Assembly (NCBI GenBank): GCA_026003215.1 | Contig: BPGV01000001.1 | Location: forward strand, 1,178,466 to 1,242,465 | DNA: 64,000 bases | Origin: Bacteroidia bacterium | Lineage (GTDB): Bacteria > Bacteroidota > Bacteroidia > SpSt-205 | Reading direction: 5' to 3' | In this document: piece after piece, positions 26,701-36,095 of the stretch | Position numbering within the stretch: position 1 is the first letter of the stretch | How the letters are laid out: each line of letters begins with the position of its first letter | The notes under the pieces: generated by a model | What the model saw: only the letters and a program-made list of their open reading frames with translations | Told to the model about the DNA's origin: nothing | Database searches by the model: none | Program-made: the position numbers and the translations under genes

Positions 26701-29700
26701 TTATTGGGTTTGTTGTAAGGTTTCTTTAGAAGAAATTACGGATTCAAAAGGCGTCTTTATAGGCAATCGCACATAAAAAGTCGTTTTTCCTGGCTCACTT
26801 TCAAAATAAATGCGGCCACCATGCTTTTCTACGATCCGGCGGGATATATCTAAGCCCAATCCGGTCCCTTCACCGGCCGGCTTAGTGGTAAAGAAAGCTT
26901 CAAAGATTTTATCTTGGATTTCTTTCGGGATACCGGGGCCAGAGTCCGTGAAGCTGGCAATAATATCATCTCCTTCGCGCCACACACGTATATGCAAAGA
27001 ACCCTTTCCTTGCATCGCTTGGATAGCGTTGGAAATAATATTTGTCCATACCTGGGAGAGTTGGTCCGGCACCCCTAAGATTTGGGGTAGGTCCGATTCA
27101 TATTCCTTAGTCACTTCAATCCCATATTTGAGCTGGTTGTGATAAATAATAAGCACCGTATCTATGGTGTCAGGGACACTTAGGTATTCGGGCTTTTCTT
27201 CTGTACCCTTGCGAGCGTATGATTTGAGGGCATACACAATCTTTTGGGTTTTATTGACAGCCAGCTCAATATTATCCGCATTAAGGCGAAGCTTACCGAT
27301 ATTCCCAGCCATCTCTATGATAAAATCGGCCTTAGGATGCTTGAGAAGCGGAAGAAACGGCTCCAGCCCTTCAAATAGCCCGATTTTGACCAGCGATTGC
27401 GCTATGGTAGAAGCATTTGGCACACCTTGCTGCTCTAACCATTCGGTGACCTGGCGTCGATATTGCCGCTCCTCCCGAGAAGTAAGAGAACCTGTAAAAC
27501 CAAGCGTGCGTTCCGTCATCTGGTGAAAAAGGGGAGCCAAATCCCCAAGCACTCGTATAAGCTCGGGATATTGTTGCAGCGTATGCGGGAGGCTCTTCGA
27601 TATATTAGTAGCTGCTGCACTAATAGCACCGATAGGTGTATTTATTTCATGGGCGACACCGGCGATAAGCTGACCTAAAGCCGCCATTTTCTCGGATTGA
27701 ATGAGCTGTTGTTGCGTATTTTTTAGGTCTTCGTACGCTTGTTCTAAGTCTTTTTTAGCAGCTTCCAGTTGTTTATAGCTTTGTTGGAGCTCGGCGGTAC
27801 GGGCGCGCACTACGGCTTCCAGCTCTCGGTTACGCGCTTCTAAGCGAGCAGCATTCAGCCGAATAAGCGCAAAGACCAAAAACACAGCCAATACCCCATA
27901 CGAAATATAGGCCCATACCGTACGCCACCAGGGGGGCAGTACAGTGAACGCATACTTAGCTGAGCTGGCCTCTAACCCCAAAGGCGAGAGGGCCTGCACT
28001 TCCAAAGTGTATTTACCCTCCGACAGATCCGAAAAGGGAATAGCTGCCCCTGCTTCCAAATAACTCCATTCCTTTTCCTTCCCCCCTTCAATCAATCTAT
28101 ACCGAAAGGTAGTGGCATTGAGTCCGCCGTACGGGTCCACCCACCCAATAAGCAACCGTCCCGAAGCCAACGTATAGGGCACCTCCGGTATGAAGGGTTG
28201 AGCCACTGCAAGGGCCGCCTCCTCTGGCGAAAAAGCCCGCCCGCCCCATAAAAGAGAGTCTTCCCCTAAGATAGCAGCCCTCACCAAAGTCGGCGGTACC
28301 ACTGGAGCATCCAGCGTAAGGGAACCCACAATGAGTTCGTCTTTATAGGCTGCCCATACGGCTTTACCTTCGGTATATAGCACATCGGGGCGCCGGCCTA
28401 TGGCATTTAGGGTAAGCGGCCTCCCCCCTAAGAGGGGCGATAAAGCGTAGCCCTCCTCAGCCTGAGCCAGCACCCGCACCCCCACCCGTAGCCGAACCAA
28501 CGACACGGACCCCGCGCGACTTATCTGGTCTATCCGTTCCCCCCCTAAAAGGCTATTTAGCGTAGGAAAAGGCTCAAACTTGCCGGTCCCTTCACGGTAT
28601 ACCAACAAGGACTGCCCGCCTTGCGCAAAAATACGCCCATCCACTTCGCCCACATAATAGTTGGCCTTTTCTAAGCCGAGCGCCTCGGGATCAGCCAGCA
28701 CCTCCCCCGTAGCCCTATTTAGGCGAAATACCCCCGTAGAGGTACCTATCCAAAGGTTATCGCCTTCCTCTACTAAGCTTTGCACGTCTTTTTCATAGAG
28801 GGTAGCGACTTCTTTCCAGCGCCCACTTTCATATTGCAACTGTACTAACCCCCTGCGGCCAAAAGCATACGCCTGCGTAGGGCTCTGGGCCGAAGCACGT
28901 ATCCCTACAAAAGGTTTATTGGTGATTAGAGGCACCGCCACACCGCCCCGTACTTCATATAACCCTTGCGAACTGGCCACCAGCAGGTGATCCTTAAGCA
29001 CCGCTAATCGCCAACATTCTCCTTGGAGCCCTTGAACCCGCTGCGCACGCTTCTCCCCGGGAGTAAGACGGAAGATTCCCTGCACAGTCGTGACATAAAT
29101 CTCCTTATCTCGGGGCAAAATATCGGTAATTTTTCCTTCTATCCCTTTGGCCGCAGTATAACTCCGCAAAGGAAGGGCTAAAAGCACCTGCGTAAGGCCC
29201 CGACCATGCGACACCCACGCGTTGCCATAGACATCCCGAAAGACCGCATAAATATCGTCGTCGGGGAAACCCTCTGCCCTACTCCACCGATCTACTTGGC
29301 GTCCTTTTGCATCAATCACGACACACCCCCCATTAAGTGTGCCTATCAAAAGATTTTCTCCCAAAGAAAGAATTCGGTATATCCGGTTATCTCGCAGATA
29401 GTTTTCCGCGGCGGTTTTGAAAGGAAGGAAGCTGGAACCTTTCCCCTCATAAAGGGTTCCGTCAAAAGTAGCAACGATTACCACAGAACCCAGTTCGGCG
29501 ATACCACTGACATCTTTCTCATCAAAAAGCTGGCCGCCCGGTAGGGGTATAAACCCACTACGGGTCACCTTGTGCAGCCCGCCTTTGCCGCGGAGATTAG
29601 CCCATACTTCGCCTCGAGCAATCCCCGACCCCGTGAGAAAAGCGCCTTCTCCCACCAAAAAAGCCCGCGGCGCTACCGCAAGCACACTGCCATCTACCAA

Positions 29701-30126
29701 AACAACCCCCCGCGTGCCTATAAAATACACTTGGTTTTGGCTGTCCGTGTATATCGCTTCTATATCGCCAAAAGCTTGTAGGTCCTTGGGCAGAAAACCC
29801 TTGTAGGAAACATAGCGAAGGCGTCCCACTGAGTCCGGCCGTAGCTCTCCAAAATCGCCGATCCCTCCCACCCATATCCGATGGTTAGGCGATACCGCCA
29901 AGGCCCGGACCAGCGACGAAGTAGGATAGAGCTGCCACCTCTGTCCATCATACTCCGACACGCCCTGATTGGTACCGATATACAATAAGCCTGTTTCCGC
30001 GTCCTGAGCGATAGCCCGGACCTGCGTATAGGCACCGTAGTCGTCCTCCGAATACGTCCGCCACAGCGGTAGCCCCTGCGCCCAGAGGACAACCACGCTC
30101 CCTATAATCCAACCAAAGTGTCGCAT
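26701..30126 (-). CDS. sensor histidine kinase with periplasmic beta-propeller and Y_Y_Y domain
   Basis: Signal peptide; propeller repeats (LYIGT, LLIGT, LWIGT); LSEGKYTLEVQ..PPWWRT TM; AHEINTP H-box; N, G1 (DSGPG), FFTTK, GTGLGL boxes. Confidence 0.93.
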   Translation of the reverse strand: MRHFGWIIGSVVVLWAQGLPLWRTYSEDDYGAYTQVRAIAQDAETGLLYIGTNQGVSEYDGQRWQLYPTSSLVRALAVSPNHRIWVGGIGDFGELRPDSVGRLRYVSYKGFLPKDLQAFGDIEAIYTDSQNQVYFIGTRGVVLVDGSVLAVAPRAFLVGEGAFLTGSGIARGEVWANLRGKGGLHKVTRSGFIPLPGGQLFDEKDVSGIAELGSVVIVATFDGTLYEGKGSSFLPFKTAAENYLRDNRIYRILSLGENLLIGTLNGGCVVIDAKGRQVDRWSRAEGFPDDDIYAVFRDVYGNAWVSHGRGLTQVLLALPLRSYTAAKGIEGKITDILPRDKEIYVTTVQGIFRLTPGEKRAQRVQGLQGECWRLAVLKDHLLVASSQGLYEVRGGVAVPLITNKPFVGIRASAQSPTQAYAFGRRGLVQLQYESGRWKEVATLYEKDVQSLVEEGDNLWIGTSTGVFRLNRATGEVLADPEALGLEKANYYVGEVDGRIFAQGGQSLLVYREGTGKFEPFPTLNSLLGGERIDQISRAGSVSLVRLRVGVRVLAQAEEGYALSPLLGGRPLTLNAIGRRPDVLYTEGKAVWAAYKDELIVGSLTLDAPVVPPTLVRAAILGEDSLLWGGRAFSPEEAALAVAQPFIPEVPYTLASGRLLIGWVDPYGGLNATTFRYRLIEGGKEKEWSYLEAGAAIPFSDLSEGKYTLEVQALSPLGLEASSAKYAFTVLPPWWRTVWAYISYGVLAVFLVFALIRLNAARLEARNRELEAVVRARTAELQQSYKQLEAAKKDLEQAYEDLKNTQQQLIQSEKMAALGQLIAGVAHEINTPIGAISAAATNISKSLPHTLQQYPELIRVLGDLAPLFHQMTERTLGFTGSLTSREERQYRRQVTEWLEQQGVPNASTIAQSLVKIGLFEGLEPFLPLLKHPKADFIIEMAGNIGKLRLNADNIELAVNKTQKIVYALKSYARKGTEEKPEYLSVPDTIDTVLIIYHNQLKYGIEVTKEYESDLPQILGVPDQLSQVWTNIISNAIQAMQGKGSLHIRVWREGDDIIASFTDSGPGIPKEIQDKIFEAFFTTKPAGEGTGLGLDISRRIVEKHGGRIYFESEPGKTTFYVRLPIKTPFESVISSKETLQQTQ

Positions 30127-30159
30127 CAAGCCGCAATATTACGAACTTTGCCGATATTT

Positions 30160-31839
30160 ATGCTACAGCGACTCGGGATTGAACGGCTGGCTTTCATAGA
30201 GACGGCTGAGCTGCTGTGGGACCCAGGGCTAAATATCCTCACCGGGGAAACCGGCGCGGGTAAATCCCTCCTAATAGAGTCGCTGGGCACTTTATTGGGG
30301 TATCGGGGAGACCTCCCGCCCCTCACCGAAAAAGCCATCATTGAGGCCGAGTTTGCGCCGGTCCCCCCCCAAGTACAGGACCTTTTAGAAGAGCCAGCCG
30401 AGACCCTCCTTGTGCGCTGTGAGCTCCATCCCACCGGCCGCCGCCGCCTTTTCCTCAACGATAGCCCTGTCTCTGCCCAGCTCCTCCGCCAGATGGCCTA
30501 CTATCTCGTGGAAATCCACAGCCAACACGATACCCAGCAGCTCTTCCAACCACCCTTCCAAAGAGAACTCTTAGACAGCTACGCCGAGCTCTCCGAAGAG
30601 CTTACCCATTATCAAACCCTCTATCGCCGCTGGAAAGCCCTCAGCGAAGAAGTGGCCCAGCTGAAAAAAGCCCAAGCCGAAATAGCGAGCCGCCTGGCTT
30701 GGCTGCGTACCCAACTGGAAGAGCTGGAAAGTGCCCAGCTCTCTACCGAAGAGTATGCCCACATAGAGACGCAGATTCAGCGCTTAGAGCACCAAGAGCA
30801 GGCGCTCCAAACCCTCTCCCAGTGGTTCCATCAGCTAAGCGAGGCCCCACAGGCGCCCCCAGCCCTCCTAAGAGAAGCGGAAAAAGCCTTAGGCCGCCTG
30901 CCCCTGCCCGAGATCCCCCCTATCCTCTCCCTCCTGGAAGAGGCCCGTAGCCTGCTCCAAGAAGCTACCGCCCAAATAGAGACGCTGCTCAGTAGCTTTT
31001 CCATAGACCCTACCGAAGCCCAGCGCTTGCGACAGCGCTACGACACCTACAATACCCTCCTCCTCAAATACCGAGCCCCCACCGTGGAAGCCCTCATCAC
31101 CTTGCGCGACGAATACCGCAAAGAATATAACTCCCTTTCCGCCCAAGAAGCCTACATAGAACCCGCCCATCAAGAGCTCCAAACCCTCACCCAAGCCCTC
31201 TTAGAAAAAGCATACGCCTTGGAGCTGGCTCGCTTAGCCGCAGCCCATACGCTCGCCGACCAAGTCCAAGCCTACCTCCACGAACTGGGTCTGGGTCAGG
31301 CCCACTTTCATATCGCCGTGGAACGGCTCAAGGACCCCAATAGCCCCTATCGTTGGCAAGAAGAAGGCGTACAGCTCACGCCGTACGGGTTTTCTTCGGT
31401 GACTTTTCTCCTGCGTACGCATCCCCAACTGCCCTTAGCTCCGCTGGCCCAAGTCGCTTCGGGCGGCGAACTCTCCCGCATCATGCTGGCGCTGAAAGCC
31501 GCCTTAGCCGAAAAAGTAGCCCTCCCTACCCTCGTGCTGGATGAAATAGATACCGGCCTCAGTGGAGAAAGCGCCCGCCGCATGGGCACCTTCCTATCCA
31601 AGCTCAGTAAGCGTTTCCAGATCCTCCTCATCACGCATCTCCCCGCTATCGCAGCGCAACCCGGCAGCCACTTCTTCATCTGGAAGGCCCCTGACGAAAC
31701 CGGCAGCTGGAAAACCCACATCCGCAAGCTTACCCCCGAAGAGCGCATCCCAGAGATTGCCCGCATGCTGGGTGGCGAAGCCGCCGGCGAAGCGGCCCTC
31801 GCCGCCGCCCGAGAACTGCTACACCTACCCCGCAGGTAG
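30160..31839 (+). CDS. recN: DNA repair protein RecN
   Basis: LTGETGAGKS, IHSQHD, VASGGELSRIMLALK, LDEIDTG, ITHLP. Confidence 0.96.
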   Translation: MLQRLGIERLAFIETAELLWDPGLNILTGETGAGKSLLIESLGTLLGYRGDLPPLTEKAIIEAEFAPVPPQVQDLLEEPAETLLVRCELHPTGRRRLFLNDSPVSAQLLRQMAYYLVEIHSQHDTQQLFQPPFQRELLDSYAELSEELTHYQTLYRRWKALSEEVAQLKKAQAEIASRLAWLRTQLEELESAQLSTEEYAHIETQIQRLEHQEQALQTLSQWFHQLSEAPQAPPALLREAEKALGRLPLPEIPPILSLLEEARSLLQEATAQIETLLSSFSIDPTEAQRLRQRYDTYNTLLLKYRAPTVEALITLRDEYRKEYNSLSAQEAYIEPAHQELQTLTQALLEKAYALELARLAAAHTLADQVQAYLHELGLGQAHFHIAVERLKDPNSPYRWQEEGVQLTPYGFSSVTFLLRTHPQLPLAPLAQVASGGELSRIMLALKAALAEKVALPTLVLDEIDTGLSGESARRMGTFLSKLSKRFQILLITHLPAIAAQPGSHFFIWKAPDETGSWKTHIRKLTPEERIPEIARMLGGEAAGEAALAAARELLHLPRR

Positions 31840-31851
31840 CCTTAAGCCCCC

Positions 31852-33606
31852 CTACATCCGCTCCGGTACAGGCAGGGTTAAGGCTTCCATCACCGCCTGT
31901 ATAGCCGCTGCATACACCGCCGAAAGCCCCAACCGAAAACTCCGTATAGGCGCTTCACTCCCCAGCACAGATAGGGTCTGATAAAACTCATTATACCGCC
32001 GAGTGAGCTCATATCCGTAATGCGCCAAAAGCGCAGGATTGAAGCTTCGCGCAGCGACCTCCATGAAATGCGGAAGGGCATACAGATACTGTAAAACGCT
32101 CTCTTCTAAAGATTCCAGTTGCACTGGCAGCTCCCCTTGGAGTGGCGCATACCCTTTTTCTGCGGCTTTCTCTAAGAGCCTTTTTGCCCGGACGTATCCA
32201 TATTGCAAAAAAGGCCCCGTAAAACCCTTCATATCTATGGACTCAGCGGGATCAAAGACAATATTTTTGGTAGGCTCTACCCGTAGCAGATAATATCGCA
32301 AGGCAGCTTGCCCCACGGCTTCGGCGATTGCTTGTTTTTCCTCCTCGGGCAAAGGCTCTGTGATAAGCTCGTAGGCCCGTGCGTGCATTTCCCCTAAAAG
32401 ATCGTCGGCATCTACGACGGTACCTTCGCGGGTTTTCATACGTCCGGTGGGCAGCTCTACCATACCATAAGAGAGGTGGTAGATTTTATCCGCGTAAGGC
32501 TTCCCCAGCCGCCGCAGGAGGGCGATTAGCACCCGCATGTGGTGGTCTTGCTCATTTCCAATCACATACACCGATTGCGTAAGGTCGGGATGATCTTGAA
32601 ACTTAAGCTCCGCAGTGCCTAAATCTTGGGTCACATAAACAGAGGTACCGTCGCGCCGCAGGAGGATTTTCTTGCCGAGACCCTCATCAGTGAGGTCGGC
32701 CCATACGGCACCATCCGCTGAGCGGTAAAAAATACCCCGCGCCAACCCTTCTTCTACGATTTTTTTGCCCAGCCCATAGGTCTCCGACTCGTAATACACC
32801 TTATCAAACCGAATGCCTAACCGAGCGAAGGTTTGGTCAAAGCCGGCATAGACCCAGCTATTCATCTCACGCCAGAGGGCCAGGACTTCCGGGTCGCCGG
32901 CTTCCCAGGCTTGGAGGAGGGCCTGCGCCTCTTGAAAGAGCGGCGCTTGTACCATAGCTTCCTCCTCCGAAAGCCCCTGGGCTTTGAGCGCCTCTACCTC
33001 TTCTTTATAAGCTTTTTCAAAGGCCACATAACAATCTCCCACAAAATGGTCTCCTTTTTTGCCCGTAGTGGCCGGCGTAGCAGGCGCAAAGAACTTTTTC
33101 CAGCCTAACATAGACTTGCTGATATGAATACCTCGGTCATTCACGAGGTTAGCTCGTACGACGGTGGCGCCTATCCTTTCCCATAGGCGGCTCACGCATT
33201 CCCCCAGGCAGATATTACGCAGATGCCCTAAATGCAGCGGCTTATTGGTGTTGGGAGAAGGAAACTCTATCATGAGCTTGTCGGCCTTAGCGAGGGAGAG
33301 ACGGGTATACCCCTCCTGAGGCTGCAGGAGAGCTTCTCGCAAGAACTCCCCCCAAAAAGCCGGCGCAAAACGAATGTTTACAAAGCCTTTGACGACTTCA
33401 GCTTGGAGAATATGCGGGAGCGGCTGGAGTACCGCCTGGGTGGCGGCCTGTACATCCCCTCGGTAAGCCCGAAGGAGGGGAAAAATGTTCAAGGTGAGGG
33501 TTCCTTTTTGGTCAGGGGGCGTAAGCTCCACTCGGGGGAGGGCAGGCAGGTTCTTTACCTGCCAGGCTTCTTTCCAAGCGGCGAGCTGGGCGTGCCAGAA
33601 AGGCAT
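31852..33606 (-). CDS. argS: arginine--tRNA ligase
   Basis: SPNTNKPLHLGHLRN, NDRGIHI, MKTREG, GPFLQY, C-terminal PERM. Confidence 0.96.
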   Translation of the reverse strand: MPFWHAQLAAWKEAWQVKNLPALPRVELTPPDQKGTLTLNIFPLLRAYRGDVQAATQAVLQPLPHILQAEVVKGFVNIRFAPAFWGEFLREALLQPQEGYTRLSLAKADKLMIEFPSPNTNKPLHLGHLRNICLGECVSRLWERIGATVVRANLVNDRGIHISKSMLGWKKFFAPATPATTGKKGDHFVGDCYVAFEKAYKEEVEALKAQGLSEEEAMVQAPLFQEAQALLQAWEAGDPEVLALWREMNSWVYAGFDQTFARLGIRFDKVYYESETYGLGKKIVEEGLARGIFYRSADGAVWADLTDEGLGKKILLRRDGTSVYVTQDLGTAELKFQDHPDLTQSVYVIGNEQDHHMRVLIALLRRLGKPYADKIYHLSYGMVELPTGRMKTREGTVVDADDLLGEMHARAYELITEPLPEEEKQAIAEAVGQAALRYYLLRVEPTKNIVFDPAESIDMKGFTGPFLQYGYVRAKRLLEKAAEKGYAPLQGELPVQLESLEESVLQYLYALPHFMEVAARSFNPALLAHYGYELTRRYNEFYQTLSVLGSEAPIRSFRLGLSAVYAAAIQAVMEALTLPVPERM

Positions 33607-33611
33607 GGCGG

Positions 33612-33637
33612 CAAAGTTATTGGGTAGTGTACCTTTG
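33612..33637. promoter_or_regulatory. divergent Bacteroidota -7 promoter elements for argS (-) and queA (+)
   Basis: TAACTTTG on - (33612-33619) is 5 nt before the argS ATG; TACCTTTG on + (33630-33637) is 4 nt before the queA ATG. Confidence 0.7.
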
Positions 33638-33641
33638 GGTG

Positions 33642-34769
33642 ATGCTGTGGTCCTACGAGCTGCCGGAGGAACGGATAGCCCAAGAACCCATAGAGCCCCG
33701 CCATACAGCCCGCCTGTTGCTCTATAAAAGGGGGGAGATACAAGAAACGATTTTCTTGCGTCTGGCAGCGTTTTTGCCTGAAAATACCCTCCTTTTATAC
33801 AACGACTCGCGGGTGGTACCCGCGCGCCTGCGTCAGGCAAAGAAGGAGTTTCTGCTTACAGAGCTAACGGAAGGCGGATGGGCTAAGGGGAGTCCGCAGC
33901 GCTGGAAAGGGCTTTTTCGGCCGGCGCGCTTCTGGCGGAAGGGCGGCCAGCTCACCTGGGAAACGCCTACTTTGACCCTCACCCTTGCCTGGGAAGGGCC
34001 CGCTAACGACCGAGAGGGCTACTTCCGGGCCGAATGGGTACCAGCCCAGCTACCAGCCCTTACGGTGTTAGAGCTTGTGGGAGAGCCGCCTCTGCCGCCG
34101 TACATCCGGCGCTCACCTACCGATGTAGATCGGCAGCGCTATCAGACCTTCTATGCACGCACGCCGGGGTCTGTGGCAGCCCCTACAGCCGGCCTCCACT
34201 TCACCCCCGAAGTATGGGAAAGGCTTCATGAGCGGGGCATCCGTACAGTTCCTCTCACCCTCCATGTGGGCTTGGGTACTTTTCTACCCCTCCAAAACCC
34301 GGAAGCCCCCGAGACCCACCCCATGCATGCCGAGTACTTTTTCGTCCCCGAGGCGACGATACAAGCCCTCCGCACGCAGGAAGGGCCTATTGTATGCGTA
34401 GGCACCACCAGTCTGCGTACCGTGGAGAGCTTGTATTGGTTAGGCACCTTGGCGCTCCAAGGCAAGCCCAACGCATATCTACCGGCGCTCCTCTGGCAGG
34501 GGGCTGAAGCCCTCCCCCCGCCTAAGGAAGCCTTGACGGCGCTACCCGCTCCCCTGCAAGGGCAAACCCAGCTTTACATCCTGCCAGGGTATCCCTTCCA
34601 GCTTGTGGATGGCCTTATTACCAACTTCCATCAGCCGCAAAGCACCCTCTTAGGCCTGGTGGAAGCCTTCATCGGCCGGGAGGGCATCCAACAGGTATAT
34701 AGCTACGCCTTAGAAAAAGGCTTTCGCTTCCTAAGCTACGGCGATACCTCCCTTTTGTGGCGCACATGA
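33642..34769 (+). CDS. queA: S-adenosylmethionine:tRNA ribosyltransferase-isomerase (canonical motifs)
   Basis: YELPEERIAQEP, PLPPYIRR, RYQTFYA..PGSVAAPTAGLHFT, TLHVGLGTF, VGTTSLR, ITNFHQPQST, FLSYGD. Confidence 0.93.
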   Translation: MLWSYELPEERIAQEPIEPRHTARLLLYKRGEIQETIFLRLAAFLPENTLLLYNDSRVVPARLRQAKKEFLLTELTEGGWAKGSPQRWKGLFRPARFWRKGGQLTWETPTLTLTLAWEGPANDREGYFRAEWVPAQLPALTVLELVGEPPLPPYIRRSPTDVDRQRYQTFYARTPGSVAAPTAGLHFTPEVWERLHERGIRTVPLTLHVGLGTFLPLQNPEAPETHPMHAEYFFVPEATIQALRTQEGPIVCVGTTSLRTVESLYWLGTLALQGKPNAYLPALLWQGAEALPPPKEALTALPAPLQGQTQLYILPGYPFQLVDGLITNFHQPQSTLLGLVEAFIGREGIQQVYSYALEKGFRFLSYGDTSLLWRT

Positions 34770-36094
34770 ACTGGCTTATTCACGAAGCCCGCATCCTCAC
34801 GGCTGAGGGGGAAATCATAGGGGATGCGTGGATAAAGGAAGGACGCTGGGCGGCTATCGGGCGCATACCCGCACATGCCAAAGGCTTTTCCTTCCCCGCC
34901 AAGGGGGCCTATCTCCTGCCTGGCCTGATAGATACGCATGTGCATTTTCGGGAACCGGGGCTAACCCCTAAGGGCGACTTCTACACCGAGAGCCGAGCCG
35001 CTGTCGCTGGCGGCGTCACCACCGTCTTTGACATGCCTAACACCCTGCCCCCCACAACCACGCTGGAAGCTTGGGCGCGCAAACGAGCCCTTGTCCGGGG
35101 TAAAAGCTGGACAAACTTCGCTTTGTACTTCGGGGCGACGGCAGACAACCTCCCCGCTATCCGACAGCTAAGCCCCAAGGAAGTGCCCGGCGTGAAAATC
35201 TTTCTGGCTTCCTCCACAGGGGAGCTGCTCCTCAATGAGGAACCGTGTGTGCGAGCCCTTATGCGCCATAGCCCCGTTCGGTTGCTTTTTCACAGTGAAA
35301 AAGAAGAACGCATCCAGGCCGCCCTCAAGCAGTGGGAGCAGGCTACCTGGGCCGAAGTGCCTGACCTACACACCCGCGCCCGCCCCCCCGAAGCGTGCGT
35401 AGAAAGCACTCGTTGGCTCCTGGAAGAGGCCCAGCAAGCAGAAGTACCCCTACATGTTCTACACATTACCACCGCCGAAGAAGTAGCCCTTTTACGGCAT
35501 CGTCCCGCACATCTCTCCGCCGAAACTTGCCCGGTGTATCTCCAATGGAGCGCTGAGGACTTCCCCCGCTACCAAAACCTCCTCAAATGTAACCCCTCTT
35601 TGAAGTACGCCGCTGATAAAGACGCTCTATGGCAAGGCCTTGTGGAGGGCACCTTAGCGGTGGTAGGTACCGACCATGCCCCCCATCTCCTCCCCGAAAA
35701 AACTCTTCCTTATCCGCAAGCGCCCAGCGGTGTGCCCAGTCATGGGTATGTACTCCCTTGGCTCTGGACTCTCGGACAGGCCTTTCAGTTACCCCTGGCC
35801 TTTTGGATAGAAAAGATGGTCTATGCCCCAGCACGCCTGTGGCAAATCCAAGGACGCGGCCCTATCCAAGAAGGCTTTTGGGCCGACGCCGTGCTCTTTG
35901 ACCCAGACGGCACTACTACCGTTCCCCCCATGGAAGCGCCGACTTACCCCACCAAGTGCCGATGGTCGCCTTTGGCAGGCAGCTCCCTGCGCGGGCGCGT
36001 AATAGCCGTATGGGTAAATGGAACCCTCTCCTACGCGAACAGTCTTTTTATTGGGCGACCTGCTGGACAAGAAGTGCGTTTCGCCTTTCCGTAA
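34766..36094 (+). CDS. pyrC: dihydroorotase
   Basis: IDTHVHFREPG, DMPNT.P, KIFLASSTG, KCNPSLK, TDHAPH, TKCRWSP. Confidence 0.9.
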   Translation: MNWLIHEARILTAEGEIIGDAWIKEGRWAAIGRIPAHAKGFSFPAKGAYLLPGLIDTHVHFREPGLTPKGDFYTESRAAVAGGVTTVFDMPNTLPPTTTLEAWARKRALVRGKSWTNFALYFGATADNLPAIRQLSPKEVPGVKIFLASSTGELLLNEEPCVRALMRHSPVRLLFHSEKEERIQAALKQWEQATWAEVPDLHTRARPPEACVESTRWLLEEAQQAEVPLHVLHITTAEEVALLRHRPAHLSAETCPVYLQWSAEDFPRYQNLLKCNPSLKYAADKDALWQGLVEGTLAVVGTDHAPHLLPEKTLPYPQAPSGVPSHGYVLPWLWTLGQAFQLPLAFWIEKMVYAPARLWQIQGRGPIQEGFWADAVLFDPDGTTTVPPMEAPTYPTKCRWSPLAGSSLRGRVIAVWVNGTLSYANSLFIGRPAGQEVRFAFP

Positions 36095-36095
36095 A

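Noticed and set aside
33607-33840. Upstream extension of argS
   Set aside because: It overlaps the divergent queA, and the promoter box supports ATG 33606.
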